From IMG/VR virus record IMGVR_UViG_3300005253_000053: a DNA stretch of 64,000 bases; one strand, written 5' to 3'. The notes under the pieces were generated by a model that made no database searches, was not told the DNA's origin, and saw nothing but the letters and a program-made list of their open reading frames with translations. Numbering within the stretch: position 1 is the stretch's first letter; each line of letters opens with the position of its first letter. The stretch comes from a virus (lineage: Duplodnaviria; Heunggongvirae; Uroviricota; Caudoviricetes). Positions 25,786-35,099 of this stretch are shown piece after piece. The position numbers were made by a program, and so were the translations under genes.

Positions 25786-26517
25786 TCAGTCGGCGACCCA
25801 GGGCTTCGTCGCCTTCAGGAACGCCTCGACTTTTCCCAGGTCAAACCGGCGGTCATCATCGGACCGCACATGGGTCTCGACGTCAATCCAGATCGGACCG
25901 TCCTGGCACACGAAGGCGATCTTCTTCAGTTCTTCCTCGATGTTGTCCGGAGACAGGCCGCCTGCATAGCCACAGTAGACGCGGTTGCGCTCGACTTTGG
26001 GCCACTGGCCTGGAAGCACACCTGCGCCTCCGGACTTATCGAACAGTGGGGCCGCGTCGACGCCGTTACGCTGGGCAATGTCGAGCAAGTGGTTGTTCAG
26101 GTTGCCAAGCTGGAAGATCATCTGCGTCACGTTGACCGGGCGCAGGCGGCGCATGGACTCCATGAAGGTCGACGTGTCGATCTTCTTGATGTACGGCGAG
26201 AAGTTCAACTGGATGCGTCTGAACACCGGCCACACGTCGACCAGCCTGGGGTCCTTGATCATCGACCAATCACCCGCGCAGATGCCCCGTACCCACTTCC
26301 CGCAAACATGGGAAGACAGGTTCAGCTTCTCCTGCTTGCCGACCAGCCCCATGAGCCACTCGGCACTGGGAAAGCGGGGCTTGCTGCCCATGCCGCTGTC
26401 CGACATCAGAATGCCCCACTCGACGAACGGGTAGGCTTCCGAGAGTTCGATGAGGCACTTGACCTCCGTGCTGTCGTCGGCTCCCGTGATTGTGACCCGG
26501 TTCAGGATCTTCTTCAT
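25786..26517 (-). CDS. TIM-barrel protein resembling phosphoribosylanthranilate isomerase (TrpF-like)
   Basis: KKILNRVTITGADD..., GGAGVLPGQW, GGLSPDNI, IDVETHVRSDDDRRFDLGKVEAF are collinear with TrpF blocks (VKICGIT, GGTG, GGLNPDNV, VDVSSGVE). Confidence 0.45.
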   Translation of the reverse strand: MKKILNRVTITGADDSTEVKCLIELSEAYPFVEWGILMSDSGMGSKPRFPSAEWLMGLVGKQEKLNLSSHVCGKWVRGICAGDWSMIKDPRLVDVWPVFRRIQLNFSPYIKKIDTSTFMESMRRLRPVNVTQMIFQLGNLNNHLLDIAQRNGVDAAPLFDKSGGAGVLPGQWPKVERNRVYCGYAGGLSPDNIEEELKKIAFVCQDGPIWIDVETHVRSDDDRRFDLGKVEAFLKATKPWVAD

Positions 26518-26519
26518 GG

Positions 26520-26930
26520 TTATCCTTTCAGAATGCCTCGATCCACCAGTTGCTGTAGGCCGTTGAAGCGCGGCGCAGGAACATCATCTCTCCAGATCCA
26601 CTGCGTATGCTTCGTGGACTCCGGATTCTGCGGCAAAATCCCCAAGTACGGCTTCGACTGGAGGATCGCGCACACGAAATCGTTCTCGTAGTCGACGTAG
26701 GTCATCAACGGCCGGTCGATTTCGACCATGATACCTACCTCTTCCAGGACCTCGCGGATGCCGGTCTGCTCGATAGTCTCGGTTCCCTCGACATGACCAC
26801 CGGGAAACTGCCACAAACCGTTGTACGGCTCGGCAATCCGCCTCGAAAGCAGGTGCTTCTCGGCCCTGAAGTCAACGATGCGTACCGCGACACTGACCGT
26901 TTTGCGTACGGGCGGAGGTTTCATACTCAT
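26520..26930 (-). CDS. NUDIX hydrolase
   Basis: Nudix box GGHVEGTETIEQTGIREVLEEVGI. Starts at the class A motif ATG. Confidence 0.75.
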   Translation of the reverse strand: MSMKPPPVRKTVSVAVRIVDFRAEKHLLSRRIAEPYNGLWQFPGGHVEGTETIEQTGIREVLEEVGIMVEIDRPLMTYVDYENDFVCAILQSKPYLGILPQNPESTKHTQWIWRDDVPAPRFNGLQQLVDRGILKG

Positions 26931-26962
26931 TACATCGGATTGGGACGCCTAAATCGGCAGGT
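26928..26962 (-). promoter_or_regulatory. class A promoter motif
   Basis: plus: catactcattacatcggattgggacgcctaaatcggc. Confidence 0.5.
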
Positions 26963-26977
26963 TTTCTATGACCTGGG

Positions 26978-27256
26978 CTATTTTCGGCAGGTGCCGTCGG
27001 CCTTACGACCGTGTTTGCAACGCTTCCGGTCCTTGAACCAGCGCGGATCTGTACCGAAACCCAGTGAAAGTGACGGTGCGGAGATGGCCTTCCCGGAAGT
27101 GCCGCCGGAAGACATGCCGCCGCCGTTCCCCATGCCCCCTCCGCCGCCCATAGACCCACCAGAAGAGGCCCCGGCACCACCACCGGTACCTCCGGTACCC
27201 CCACCTGCGGCCTGTTCTCTGAGCGCCTTGTAGAGCTTTCCACGTGTAATTCGCAT
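26978..27256 (-). CDS. glycine-rich small protein with C-terminal Cys pair
   Basis: GGGTGGTGGGAGASSGG repeats. Leaderless start 7 nt after TATACT. Confidence 0.4.
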   Translation of the reverse strand: MRITRGKLYKALREQAAGGGTGGTGGGAGASSGGSMGGGGGMGNGGGMSSGGTSGKAISAPSLSLGFGTDPRWFKDRKRCKHGRKADGTCRK

Positions 27257-27295
27257 GGCGACAGTATAACAGAGCCAAAAATTTCAGAAAAGGGG
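27257..27295 (-). promoter_or_regulatory. class B-like promoter (TATACT-N6-ATG)
   Basis: mRNA-sense GAAATTTTTGGCTCTGTTATACTGTCGCCATG. Confidence 0.45.
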
Positions 27296-27548
27296 TGTCC
27301 CGGAATTTGTAAGACAGCCTGAGCCAACATGTTACAGAATTTCGACGCGGATTATTTCGGAATCGCTGAAATCTTTGACCTGGGAATTTCCCAGGTGCCT
27401 GGACGCGCTTGAGGAGTAAGTAAAGCGATAGGGGCGACAAAGACCTTATTTACCTTGTCAACTAAGTTGAATCCTGGACAGGACTTGCGCCCACGAAAAG
27501 ATACGGTAAGGTCTTTACGCCACTTGGGGCCTTAACTGCGCCTCTTTC

Positions 27549-27905
27549 TCAGGCCGTCTGGCGGACACGTTCGACCAGGAAGTTCAGGACGCGCAGGAAG
27601 CCCGCCATGTCGGTCCCGGCCGGGTTTGGACCCTGGGACGGCGGCAGCATCTCGCGCGCCACGTTCAGGCAGACGCGCTTCATCTCCTGAACTGCTACGC
27701 CCTGCATCTCAGCCTTCAGCGGGCCGAGCGCCTCCTCCAACGAGTCGAGGTTGACCTGGGCTTCGTCCCGATCCTGGTCCGCCCCGTAAGCGTACAAGAA
27801 CAGTTGGTCAAGCAGATCCTCACCATCGGCCATTGCCATGGTCGGCCGCTCGGCTTCGTCGAAGAACTCTTCGATGCGCTCTTTCGTTGCGTCGTCAATA
27901 GGCAT
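27549..27905 (-). CDS. hypothetical acidic protein
   Basis: 118 aa. 12-bp palindrome TGTGCATGCACA about 45 nt upstream. Confidence 0.45.
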   Translation of the reverse strand: MPIDDATKERIEEFFDEAERPTMAMADGEDLLDQLFLYAYGADQDRDEAQVNLDSLEEALGPLKAEMQGVAVQEMKRVCLNVAREMLPPSQGPNPAGTDMAGFLRVLNFLVERVRQTA

Positions 27906-28446
27906 TGGACTCTACACTCCCTGCCTCAGGTCGAGGCACTTTTTTGTGCATGCACAAATGAATGTCCCTGATCGCCCTTCCGCTGGTCTCGGGGTACGCC
28001 ATCGGAAGGACGCGCCTAACTTCCTCCTCTAACTTTTGTTGCCCTGGCTCACTATCCACGTGGATGGCGTACTCCAACCACGTTCCGTCTTCCCATAAGA
28101 CGTAGAAACGTGCAAGGGTGTAACTCTCTTTGCCAATAGCCTGACCTGGAGGTGGGCCAAGAATCCAGGTGATCGCAGTATTATTTAACTTTGATCGCGT
28201 GCACACTCGTGTCTTTCCTTGGTGTACCGCATTCCACGTATTTGCAAGGTCAGGCAACCGCTTATGCGCGTCGTTGTACGGGTCTTCAACACCAGACTGC
28301 TTCATGTAGAACCCAAGCTCATTAGCCGTGGGAGGTGTTCTCCCCTCATCCATGTACTTGATCAGATACCCCAAAACGCGCGTGCACAAATCCGAAAGGT
28401 TTGGCAGAAGTTTCCGGTAAGCCTCAATGCTGGTCGGTTTAACCAC
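27895..28446 (-). CDS. hypothetical protein
   Basis: 183 aa. Confidence 0.45.
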   Translation of the reverse strand: MVKPTSIEAYRKLLPNLSDLCTRVLGYLIKYMDEGRTPPTANELGFYMKQSGVEDPYNDAHKRLPDLANTWNAVHQGKTRVCTRSKLNNTAITWILGPPPGQAIGKESYTLARFYVLWEDGTWLEYAIHVDSEPGQQKLEEEVRRVLPMAYPETSGRAIRDIHLCMHKKVPRPEAGSVESNAY

Positions 28447-28960
28447 GAGGCTCCCCGTTCGGCGTCTTGGTCAGATCAGGAATCATGTACGGGTTGATCC
28501 GGAACACGGACGTGTCGGCGAGGCCGAAGCGGACCTCCATGAGCGATTCGTTTTCCGGCGTGGGCTCTCCCGTCGTCGGCCGTAGCTGCCACCAGACCCG
28601 ATCCCAGTAGCTGCCGTACTGATCGTTGCCGCCCCACAGATCGTAGTGCCGGTTCCACAGCGCACCCATCCACATGTCGCGCATAGCTTCGTGACCGAAC
28701 GCTTCCTCGGCGTCGTGGTGACCGAAGACCGCGAGGATGAGCGCCTTGTTGTCGTGGAAGTTGTCAGACTCCACGATCCAGTAATTGTGCTGCCAGTCCA
28801 TCCCGTCGACCCAGACCTCGCCGTAGTAGCCACCCTCCGGGTGACCGAAGCGTGCGACCGGGACGGCCGGGTTCTCGCGCGCGAGCCCATTGTACTTTTC
28901 GTACGCGGCCTCGATGAGGTTGTAGCCGTTGGTGAAGTGTGTAGCGAATCTGACGAGCAT
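28439..28960 (-). CDS. hypothetical Trp/His-rich protein
   Basis: 173 aa. Class A motif 12 nt upstream, no SD. Confidence 0.5.
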   Translation of the reverse strand: MLVRFATHFTNGYNLIEAAYEKYNGLARENPAVPVARFGHPEGGYYGEVWVDGMDWQHNYWIVESDNFHDNKALILAVFGHHDAEEAFGHEAMRDMWMGALWNRHYDLWGGNDQYGSYWDRVWWQLRPTTGEPTPENESLMEVRFGLADTSVFRINPYMIPDLTKTPNGEPRG

Positions 28961-29003
28961 GTAAGAGTCCCTACCCGTGTTATCGGATTGGGAAGGCTAT
29001 TTC
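28961..29003 (-). promoter_or_regulatory. class A promoter motif (variant lacking motif ATG)
   Basis: plus: gtaagagtccctacccgtgttatcggattgggaaggctatttcagc. Confidence 0.5.
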
Positions 29004-29011
29004 AGCAATAA

Positions 29012-29449
29012 TTATTGGAGATTCCACGAAACGGCCCACCCGTCGCCCGGTTTGCCTTCTCCGTCGACTTCGTGGTAGCTGGTGGCCGGAATTTCGTCGA
29101 TACTCTCAAACGCGGTCGCGGAGGGCGTCCCAAAGGCCGAGACCAAGGCCCGGTACGACTTTTGAGACGTCACATCCGCTTCGACCGTCTTCACGCCCCA
29201 CTCTTTCAACGACTGGGCTGCTTTTTGGGCCAGGAGCGTACCGTAGCCCCGGCCGCGATGTGCGGGCTTCACAAAAAGGTTGCCCAGGTGGGATTTCGTG
29301 TCGTCGAGAGTCTCAGTCGTCACGTGGCCGACTTCTTCGCCCGCAAGGTAGGCGCGAAGAGTCAGACCGCCCCAGGGAGCCTTCATCACCTGGAAAGTGA
29401 GGCCCCGGGCTTCGTTGAGGACGGTTCGGATGGCGCGTCGGGAATCCAT
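29012..29449 (-). CDS. GNAT acetyltransferase with N-terminal MDxRRAIRxxLxE tag
   Basis: MDSRRAIRTVLNEA... N-terminus, then GNAT motif A HRGRGYGTLL. Confidence 0.65.
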   Translation of the reverse strand: MDSRRAIRTVLNEARGLTFQVMKAPWGGLTLRAYLAGEEVGHVTTETLDDTKSHLGNLFVKPAHRGRGYGTLLAQKAAQSLKEWGVKTVEADVTSQKSYRALVSAFGTPSATAFESIDEIPATSYHEVDGEGKPGDGWAVSWNLQ

Positions 29450-29495
29450 GGCGGAGAGTATACCCGGATCACCAGATCAGGTAAAATAGGTCCCA
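29450..29495 (-). promoter_or_regulatory. class B promoter (GGGTATACT-N7-ATG)
   Basis: mRNA-sense TTTTACCTGATCTGGTGATCCGGGTATACTCTCCGCCATG. Confidence 0.5.
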
Positions 29496-29512
29496 CCGAA
29501 TGGCGTCGTCAG

Positions 29513-29790
29513 TCATTCTTCGTCATGCCCCACAGCCTGGAACTGGCGGTCGCGACAGTACACCCGAACCAAGCTGTCCCTGATAACTTCGCCCGCATGG
29601 TCTGTCCAACGAAAATGGCACTGGGCACACTCCCGAACGGGAATCGACACGATTAACTGCTGTGCGTCCTTACCGGAGCCCTGCTGAAAAATGTCCGGAG
29701 TCCACTCCGTCGAAACTTCAGCACCGAGGCACTGCGGACAATGCAGCATCTCCTCATAATCCGCATTCGATAAATCAACTGGGTTATCCA
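29513..29790 (-). CDS. zinc-ribbon small protein
   Basis: CPQC...CAQC. GTG start with GGAGG 6 nt upstream, overlapping the upstream stop. Confidence 0.4.
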
Positions 29791-30521
29791 CGCTTCCTCC
29801 TCTTCGTCGGCTTGCGACGAAAACTCCACTCGTCGAACCCGCGCTGCTTGATGCGGTCGTCGTTGCCGACCTCGCCCATATCGCGGTCGGCCATGCCAAG
29901 CACGCCGGACAGGTACATGTGGATCTCCTGGCAGGCGGTATACGAGTCCTTGACCTTCATAAAGCCATAGTCTTTGAGTCGCGGATTGAGGATCAGCTTG
30001 CACTTGCTCTTCTTCGATGACCAACCGCTGAACCAGCCCGATAACCCCGCCTTATCTATGTGCAGGAAGCACGGCACGCGGTACCGCACGAACATGGGCA
30101 AGAGGAAGCCCCACGAGTTCAGATCGAAGAAAGTTTTGAAGTCCACGTCGGAAATTCGCCGCCGCCAGGAGAACGCCCGACGGCTGTTGACATGTTCTCG
30201 TTCCTCCGGAAGAATCTCGTCCAAGTAGGCCATCAGCGGTTCCACTGTGTAGAAGAACTGCGTGGGATTATTTTCGATGGTGTCCAGGAGTTGCGTGACC
30301 TGGACATGCGGGTAGATCTCCCCGCAGAACCCCACAACGCGCCATTCGATCACGTAGTTCTTCTGCTTGTGCGAAGAACTGTGCGAGTAGAGCCGCAGGT
30401 GCCGCGCATCATTCAAGGTGACGTTCACCTCGGATTTCTTGCGCTGGTAGACGCACGTCTTGTCGACGCCGTGCGCCAGGGCCGTGTCGTAGTAGTCGTG
30501 GAATTTCGAGATGATCAGCAT
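29784..30521 (-). CDS. hypothetical protein
   Basis: 245 aa, K/Y/F-rich. Confidence 0.5.
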   Translation of the reverse strand: MLIISKFHDYYDTALAHGVDKTCVYQRKKSEVNVTLNDARHLRLYSHSSSHKQKNYVIEWRVVGFCGEIYPHVQVTQLLDTIENNPTQFFYTVEPLMAYLDEILPEEREHVNSRRAFSWRRRISDVDFKTFFDLNSWGFLLPMFVRYRVPCFLHIDKAGLSGWFSGWSSKKSKCKLILNPRLKDYGFMKVKDSYTACQEIHMYLSGVLGMADRDMGEVGNDDRIKQRGFDEWSFRRKPTKRRKRG

Positions 30522-31225
30522 CAGGAGGGTGCGATTTGAAGCACATCCTCGACGCCGCTGCCGTCCTTCTTCTGGCGGCGGGTGACCAGCGCCATAATGG
30601 GCATTCCGAGGGCCTCTTGAACCTCCGCAGCAAACTGACCGCGAGGTCCCTGCATGCCCACAGCAACCGGCCCGAACGGCTCTCCGATCAGCAGGACGGC
30701 CGAGTCATGGATCTTGGTCTTCTGCTCGTCAGTGATCTTCAAATCGTTGTGCACTTCGATCAGCAATCCCGTCGTCTGGTCGCCGGTCACGGGCGGATTG
30801 ACCAGTTCGGGCTCGAACGGAACGAACACGCCGTTGTGCCGGTCTCGGTTGGCCTGCATCTGATCAGCGGTGTATCCGATGATGAAAACACCCTCGACGT
30901 CGTCCATGTAAATGCCGTGCGGGATCACGGCGGTCAGCGGAGTCTTCGATCCGTCGGGAACGCCTTCCGGCCAGATGTAGCCGTACATGAACTCCAGATC
31001 TGGAGGGCATTTTGCGCTCGGCAGCTTGAAGGGACCGACGAAGCCCGGAAGCTGCTGCTCCAGCGGTGGAGCGAATGCGAAGTGCTCGTCGTCCTTGTAC
31101 TTCTCCTGCAAGTCGGCCGCCGTTTGCTCCGGTGTACGGCCCCGGAGACGCTCAATATCTACCCGGCGTTCGTAGACACTATCCGACGAGGAGTACAGGC
31201 GAATGTAAAAAATACCGCGCAGCAT
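30521..31225 (-). CDS. hypothetical protein
   Basis: 234 aa. Confidence 0.5.
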   Translation of the reverse strand: MLRGIFYIRLYSSSDSVYERRVDIERLRGRTPEQTAADLQEKYKDDEHFAFAPPLEQQLPGFVGPFKLPSAKCPPDLEFMYGYIWPEGVPDGSKTPLTAVIPHGIYMDDVEGVFIIGYTADQMQANRDRHNGVFVPFEPELVNPPVTGDQTTGLLIEVHNDLKITDEQKTKIHDSAVLLIGEPFGPVAVGMQGPRGQFAAEVQEALGMPIMALVTRRQKKDGSGVEDVLQIAPS

Positions 31226-31545
31226 CAGAAACGTCTCCCGGTCGGCCTGTCCTCGTTTTTACACGGCAAACGGGAGACCGTGAACGTGTCGATGACCTTC
31301 CCGTCGCGGACGCGGGCGTAGCCCCAGCACTTGGTCGGACCCTCGGCATCGACGCAGGGCCACTCCCAGGTCCAGCACTCGTCCTGGTCGGTGAAAAACA
31401 GTGTGAAGAGGCACCAAACAGGCAGCATGAGCGGGTGCACGGTGTACACCCGGCGCATACGGCCGTTGGTCGCGGCCTCCAGTTTGACCTTAATCCCCAG
31501 GGCCTCGGGAGGAACCACCCCGAACTTTGGTTTCGTGATCTTCAT
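31225..31545 (-). CDS. hypothetical protein with hydrophobic segment
   Basis: Start placed at the class A motif ATG (MKITKPKFG). The track's upstream extension translates the promoter motif (..KSDNIGM). Confidence 0.45.
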   Translation of the reverse strand: MKITKPKFGVVPPEALGIKVKLEAATNGRMRRVYTVHPLMLPVWCLFTLFFTDQDECWTWEWPCVDAEGPTKCWGYARVRDGKVIDTFTVSRLPCKNEDRPTGRRF

Positions 31546-31582
31546 GCCTATATTATCGGATTTGGGAGGCAAAATAGCCAAG
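31543..31582 (-). promoter_or_regulatory. class A promoter motif
   Basis: plus: catgcctatattatcggatttgggaggcaaaatagcc. Confidence 0.55.
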
Positions 31583-31707
31583 TTATTTCAGGCTGGGGCG
31601 ATCAAGTTCGACCCCAGAACTACTAACTTTCCGCAGTTTTATGTCGTAATCCACGCCGGACCTTGTATTTCCCCGCCCAGCCTCGATGACGATTCCGCCG
31701 ACCATTA

Positions 31708-31965
31708 TCAGGCCTCGTGCGGGTGGACGCCGGTCAACCCAATGAACAGTTCGATGGCGTCAGCAAGGATCTCGAATTCAATCTTTCTGCGCTCTTCCTG
31801 GTCGGCCTTGAAGTCCGTCTGGTCGGTGCTGACACGCGGCTGCTGGACAGCGCTGATGTTTTCCATGCACCGCTTGAACAGCTTCTCGGCCCGCCGGATC
31901 TCCGGGCTGTGCCCGTTGCCCATGAAAATCTGGCGAGTCAACTCAGGAAGCTCCGGTGCGTCCAT
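31708..31965 (-). CDS. hypothetical small protein
   Basis: 85 aa, ATGA-coupled to the upstream gene. Confidence 0.4.
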   Translation of the reverse strand: MDAPELPELTRQIFMGNGHSPEIRRAEKLFKRCMENISAVQQPRVSTDQTDFKADQEERRKIEFEILADAIELFIGLTGVHPHEA

Positions 31966-32246
31966 CAGAGGCTGTCCACGATTTCGTCGTGAACCTCGGC
32001 CGGGATCTGCTCAGTCACGCCCAACCGCTTGAAGGTGTTCCAGGCTTGGCGGCCCTCTTCGGAATGGTTAAGGATCTCAGTGCGGTGGCCGTACTCGCTT
32101 TCGCCATACTTGACTTCGACCCAGTCCAGGTACACGTGCGAGCGTTCAGTACAAAGCGCCCGCAGGTATTCGACGAAATGTGCCCGCTGGCCGTCGCCCT
32201 GGTCGCTCTCGGCCCAGCCCTCCTTGCTGCCGTCCGGCGCGACCAT
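31965..32246 (-). CDS. hypothetical small protein
   Basis: 93 aa, AGGAG 5 nt upstream. In frame with the 36-codon leaderless ORF upstream (32277..32384), separated by a TAG. Confidence 0.45.
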   Translation of the reverse strand: MVAPDGSKEGWAESDQGDGQRAHFVEYLRALCTERSHVYLDWVEVKYGESEYGHRTEILNHSEEGRQAWNTFKRLGVTEQIPAEVHDEIVDSL

Positions 32247-32381
32247 GAAGCTCCTGTAGCGATTGACGCCGTCCTAAACGATCTCGGTGACGAGCATGCC
32301 TAATTCAACGGCCTGGGTACGGGCCTTGTCGAGTTGGGCACCGTGGGCCGTCACTACGATAGCGTGGTGGAGAACGTAGCT

Positions 32382-32418
32382 CATACCTGTGTTATCGGAT
32401 TGGGGCAGCTATATCTCT
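32382..32418 (-). promoter_or_regulatory. class A promoter motif
   Basis: plus: catacctgtgttatcggattggggcagctatatctc. Confidence 0.55.
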
Positions 32419-32963
32419 TGGTAATTTTGAAAATTAGTAAACCGAACGGACCCTGACCACCTCCCCGTACTTCGAGGCCTTGTCCCGGGCCTATTCCTCG
32501 CAGTCCGCTTCGACCCGGTAATCGCGAGTGTACTTCGAGTCGGCAGGCTTCACCGTGACCAGGAAGTGGTACCGGATATGCTGACAGTGGATGTCAAGAT
32601 TGGTCAACGCTGCGGTCATTTCTCTATCTCCAAGAAGATCGAAGTGTTCTCTCCAACGTACGCCACAACCACGTTGAAGTCAAAAAATTCGTCCGCAGTT
32701 TTCCTCAGCGACAGCTTGAGTCATCTGCGCGCAAAGTTCTTCCTCGATAGTCGGGCGTGGGCGGACCCAACCCCAGAGCTTCTGGACGTGGACCCAGGAG
32801 CCCTTCCCGACGACGATCTCGTAAACCCTAGACAGGAAGAGGATGGCCCTGTCCTTGAACGTCGTCACGCAGTAGTAGATCTGAAAAGCGGATCAGCCAC
32901 AGTACTCTCCCAGCGCCAGCATCGCAATGCCGATCAGAATCCAGACCCACCCGTAGCTGTCAC

Positions 32964-33116
32964 TCATGGTTTCTTCCAGACCGAGGTCTTGAAGTAGCAC
33001 TTACGCGAGCAGTAGATCCGAATACCCCACTGCTGAATGCTGATACGCAGTTGCTTGCGCGTGAAGCTCTTCTTGCAGACCGGGCAGGTTTTGGTCTCTT
33101 CAATGGTAGTTGTCAT
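32964..33116 (-). CDS. zinc-ribbon mini-protein (50 aa; not in ORF track)
   Basis: MTTTIEETKTCPVCKK...CSRKC. GGAGAA 6 nt upstream. Confidence 0.35.
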   Translation of the reverse strand: MTTTIEETKTCPVCKKSFTRKQLRISIQQWGIRIYCSRKCYFKTSVWKKP

Positions 33117-33130
33117 CAGGTTCTCCTATT

Positions 33131-33454
33131 TTACTCGCGAGCCATCACACCCAACGCTTGCCATACCAGCTTTCCGATCTCGTTCTCAATCTCGTCTTTG
33201 ATCCGCTCGAACAGGGGCTTCTGGTGCCGCCGTCCCCAGCGCCACGCCGTGCGGGCCTGCTGGTGAATACGCTTCTTCCTAATCCGCCGCCGTGCCTGCA
33301 ACTGCGTCCGCTGAACGAAGTTCTCTGGTGGCACCCACAGCAGCGGCCGATGGAAACCATGCAGGATGTAGGACAACTCCCACACCCACCGGAAGCGGCT
33401 GGGGCAGTCGACCATAGGCCACTCACGAGACTTCCATCCCCGGAGGTCATTCAT
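33131..33454 (-). CDS. hypothetical Arg/Trp-rich protein
   Basis: Start at the class A motif ATG (MNDLRGWKS). The track extension translates the motif (..QSDNIGM). Confidence 0.45.
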   Translation of the reverse strand: MNDLRGWKSREWPMVDCPSRFRWVWELSYILHGFHRPLLWVPPENFVQRTQLQARRRIRKKRIHQQARTAWRWGRRHQKPLFERIKDEIENEIGKLVWQALGVMARE

Positions 33455-33488
33455 ACCTATATTATCGGATTGCGGGGGCTGTTTCGGC
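33452..33488 (-). promoter_or_regulatory. class A promoter motif
   Basis: plus: catacctatattatcggattgcgggggctgtttcggc. Confidence 0.55.
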
Positions 33489-33510
33489 AAGAATTTCTGG
33501 ATCGGGCGAG

Positions 33511-34025
33511 TCACGTGGGCAGTTTGGACAGGTTCGGACCCCACTTCCAGTCAAAACCTTTGATCTGGGCACGTCTTATGAGACGGACCAAGGCTCCCAT
33601 CTCGCGCTTCCGGACGGACTCGTCGAACACCCGGCGCTCCGGGCTTTTGCTGGCCGGGACGGTCATCGTCTTCGGAGGCAGGCAGATCTTGCGAATATTC
33701 TTCGGCGTGCAGTACAGCAGGCCCCACCCGTGCTTCTCAACGTCCTCGGCCTCCAGGACGCCCGGCTGGCACATGTACCAGCGTTCCTGGCCGACGCCAA
33801 ATCCTGGGTTACGGTACTTCTTCCTGCGGTCGGAGTAGAAATCCCCCTTGGTCGCCTTGCACTCGACCAGGATCGACCAGCCGTTGCCGAGCCACCCGAA
33901 CGCGTCAGGCTCCTCCCCAGCGTGCATCGGAAACTCAGACGCGACGGCCTTGCAGTGTTGGATGGTGAGCCACTTGATCGCGCGGCGAACCAGTTCGTCG
34001 TGGTCGAGAACTATCGGCTCCGTCA
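33511..34025 (-). CDS. candidate PD-(D/E)xK nuclease
   Basis: Start set at MTEPIVLDH (ATGA-coupled). EEPDAFGW-x9-ILVECKATKGDF fits the PD...(D/E)xK arrangement. Confidence 0.4.
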
Positions 34026-34307
34026 TACAACACTGGCCGGATCGTCTCCGGGGCCGCCCGCGATACGCTTCTCCAGTCGGTCTGCCTGCTCCCGGAGAGC
34101 CTTCATCATGTCCTCGCGGTTGGCGTTGGAAATCCACTGCATGTTCTTGCCGTCGCCGCCGAACTCGAACATCAGTACACAGAATCCCCAGTCTGGAGGG
34201 CAGTAGCTTTCTTCGATGTGGCTGGCGAGCTTCTGAAGACCGGCGCGGACCATCTCGTGGTACAGGTTGAACGCTTTCTTTTTGTCGTCGGTCCTGGGCA
34301 GATACAC
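34023..34307 (-). CDS. hypothetical small protein
   Basis: 94 aa. Confidence 0.4.
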   Translation of the reverse strand: MYLPRTDDKKKAFNLYHEMVRAGLQKLASHIEESYCPPDWGFCVLMFEFGGDGKNMQWISNANREDMMKALREQADRLEKRIAGGPGDDPASVV

Positions 34308-34326
34308 CTCCCGTCACGGTCCGTCA

Positions 34327-34878
34327 TCAGTCCGTATCCTCACGCAGCTTGCGTATGGCGTGGACGGGGAGCTTGCCCTTGTGAACCCAGACCCGCCATT
34401 CGTCTCGATCCAGTCGGAAAGATTTCAGAGCCTGCACGAGGCCGATGTCCACAACCATCTCGTCGACAGGATCGACCGCGTACCGACTCGCAGCTTTTTG
34501 CGCGAGAGTGATAGTGATCGCATGAACATACAAGGTCCCCCACAACCTACCACGCCGGGGGCCGCGCGAACGGTTCAAGCGTACCCAGCCGCTCGCAATC
34601 ACACGGTCGATCAGGAACGGGTTGTACGATCCTGGAAGATGCTGCTCCTCTCGTGGCCGACCCCTCTTCTGCGGATCAGCCTTTGGATGAGCATCGAATT
34701 CTTCGACCTGGGCGGCGGTCAGCCCAAACCGCTCTGGCTGTTCGCGGATGATCTTGGTGTGTTCCGGCCTCGGTTCTCCAGGTGGGCACACCTCGACGCC
34801 GCTGCCCGGATGGTACCAACCGAGCGTCCCGGAAATCTCGGGCGGCGCGTCACAAAGGGTTTGGCGGATAGCGTTCAC
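34327..34878 (-). CDS. hypothetical protein
   Basis: 183 aa. Confidence 0.45.
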   Translation of the reverse strand: MNAIRQTLCDAPPEISGTLGWYHPGSGVEVCPPGEPRPEHTKIIREQPERFGLTAAQVEEFDAHPKADPQKRGRPREEQHLPGSYNPFLIDRVIASGWVRLNRSRGPRRGRLWGTLYVHAITITLAQKAASRYAVDPVDEMVVDIGLVQALKSFRLDRDEWRVWVHKGKLPVHAIRKLREDTD

Positions 34879-35099
34879 CAGTCCACCCGGGTCAGCGTCT
34901 TCTTCAGATCAGACTGCCGGTAGACGTGGTCCTCGACGACACACCCCACGCAGACGAGCTTCTTCCGGCGTAGCCACATGCCGCGATCCCAGCACCAGAT
35001 CTTTCCGTTGCACCCATACCGGCTGCACGGCACATTCTTGGGCTGGTACCCACAGATCCTAGATCGGCCTCTGCGTCTCGTGCGGAGCATACAAGTCAC
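34875..35099 (-). CDS. Cys-rich small protein
   Basis: 74 aa with 9 Cys (CGYQ..CSRYGCNG..CW..CVGC). Confidence 0.4.
   Translation of the reverse strand: MTCMLRTRRRGRSRICGYQPKNVPCSRYGCNGKIWCWDRGMWLRRKKLVCVGCVVEDHVYRQSDLKKTLTRVDW

Noticed and set aside
27919-27947. Plus-strand terminator-like hairpin GCCTC-AGGTC-GAGGC+ACTTTTTTG
   Set aside because: No plus-strand gene upstream. On the coding (minus) strand it reads A-tract then hairpin. More likely part of the operator-like palindrome region upstream of 27549..27905.
31225-31581. N-terminal extensions of ORFs 31225..31581, 33131..33544, 39181..40032 and 51488..52303 (..SDNIGM / ..SDDIIM peptides)
   Set aside because: The extra residues are the class A/B promoter motif read in frame (CC AAT CCG ATA ATA TAG GTA TG). 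Real starts are at the motif ATG.
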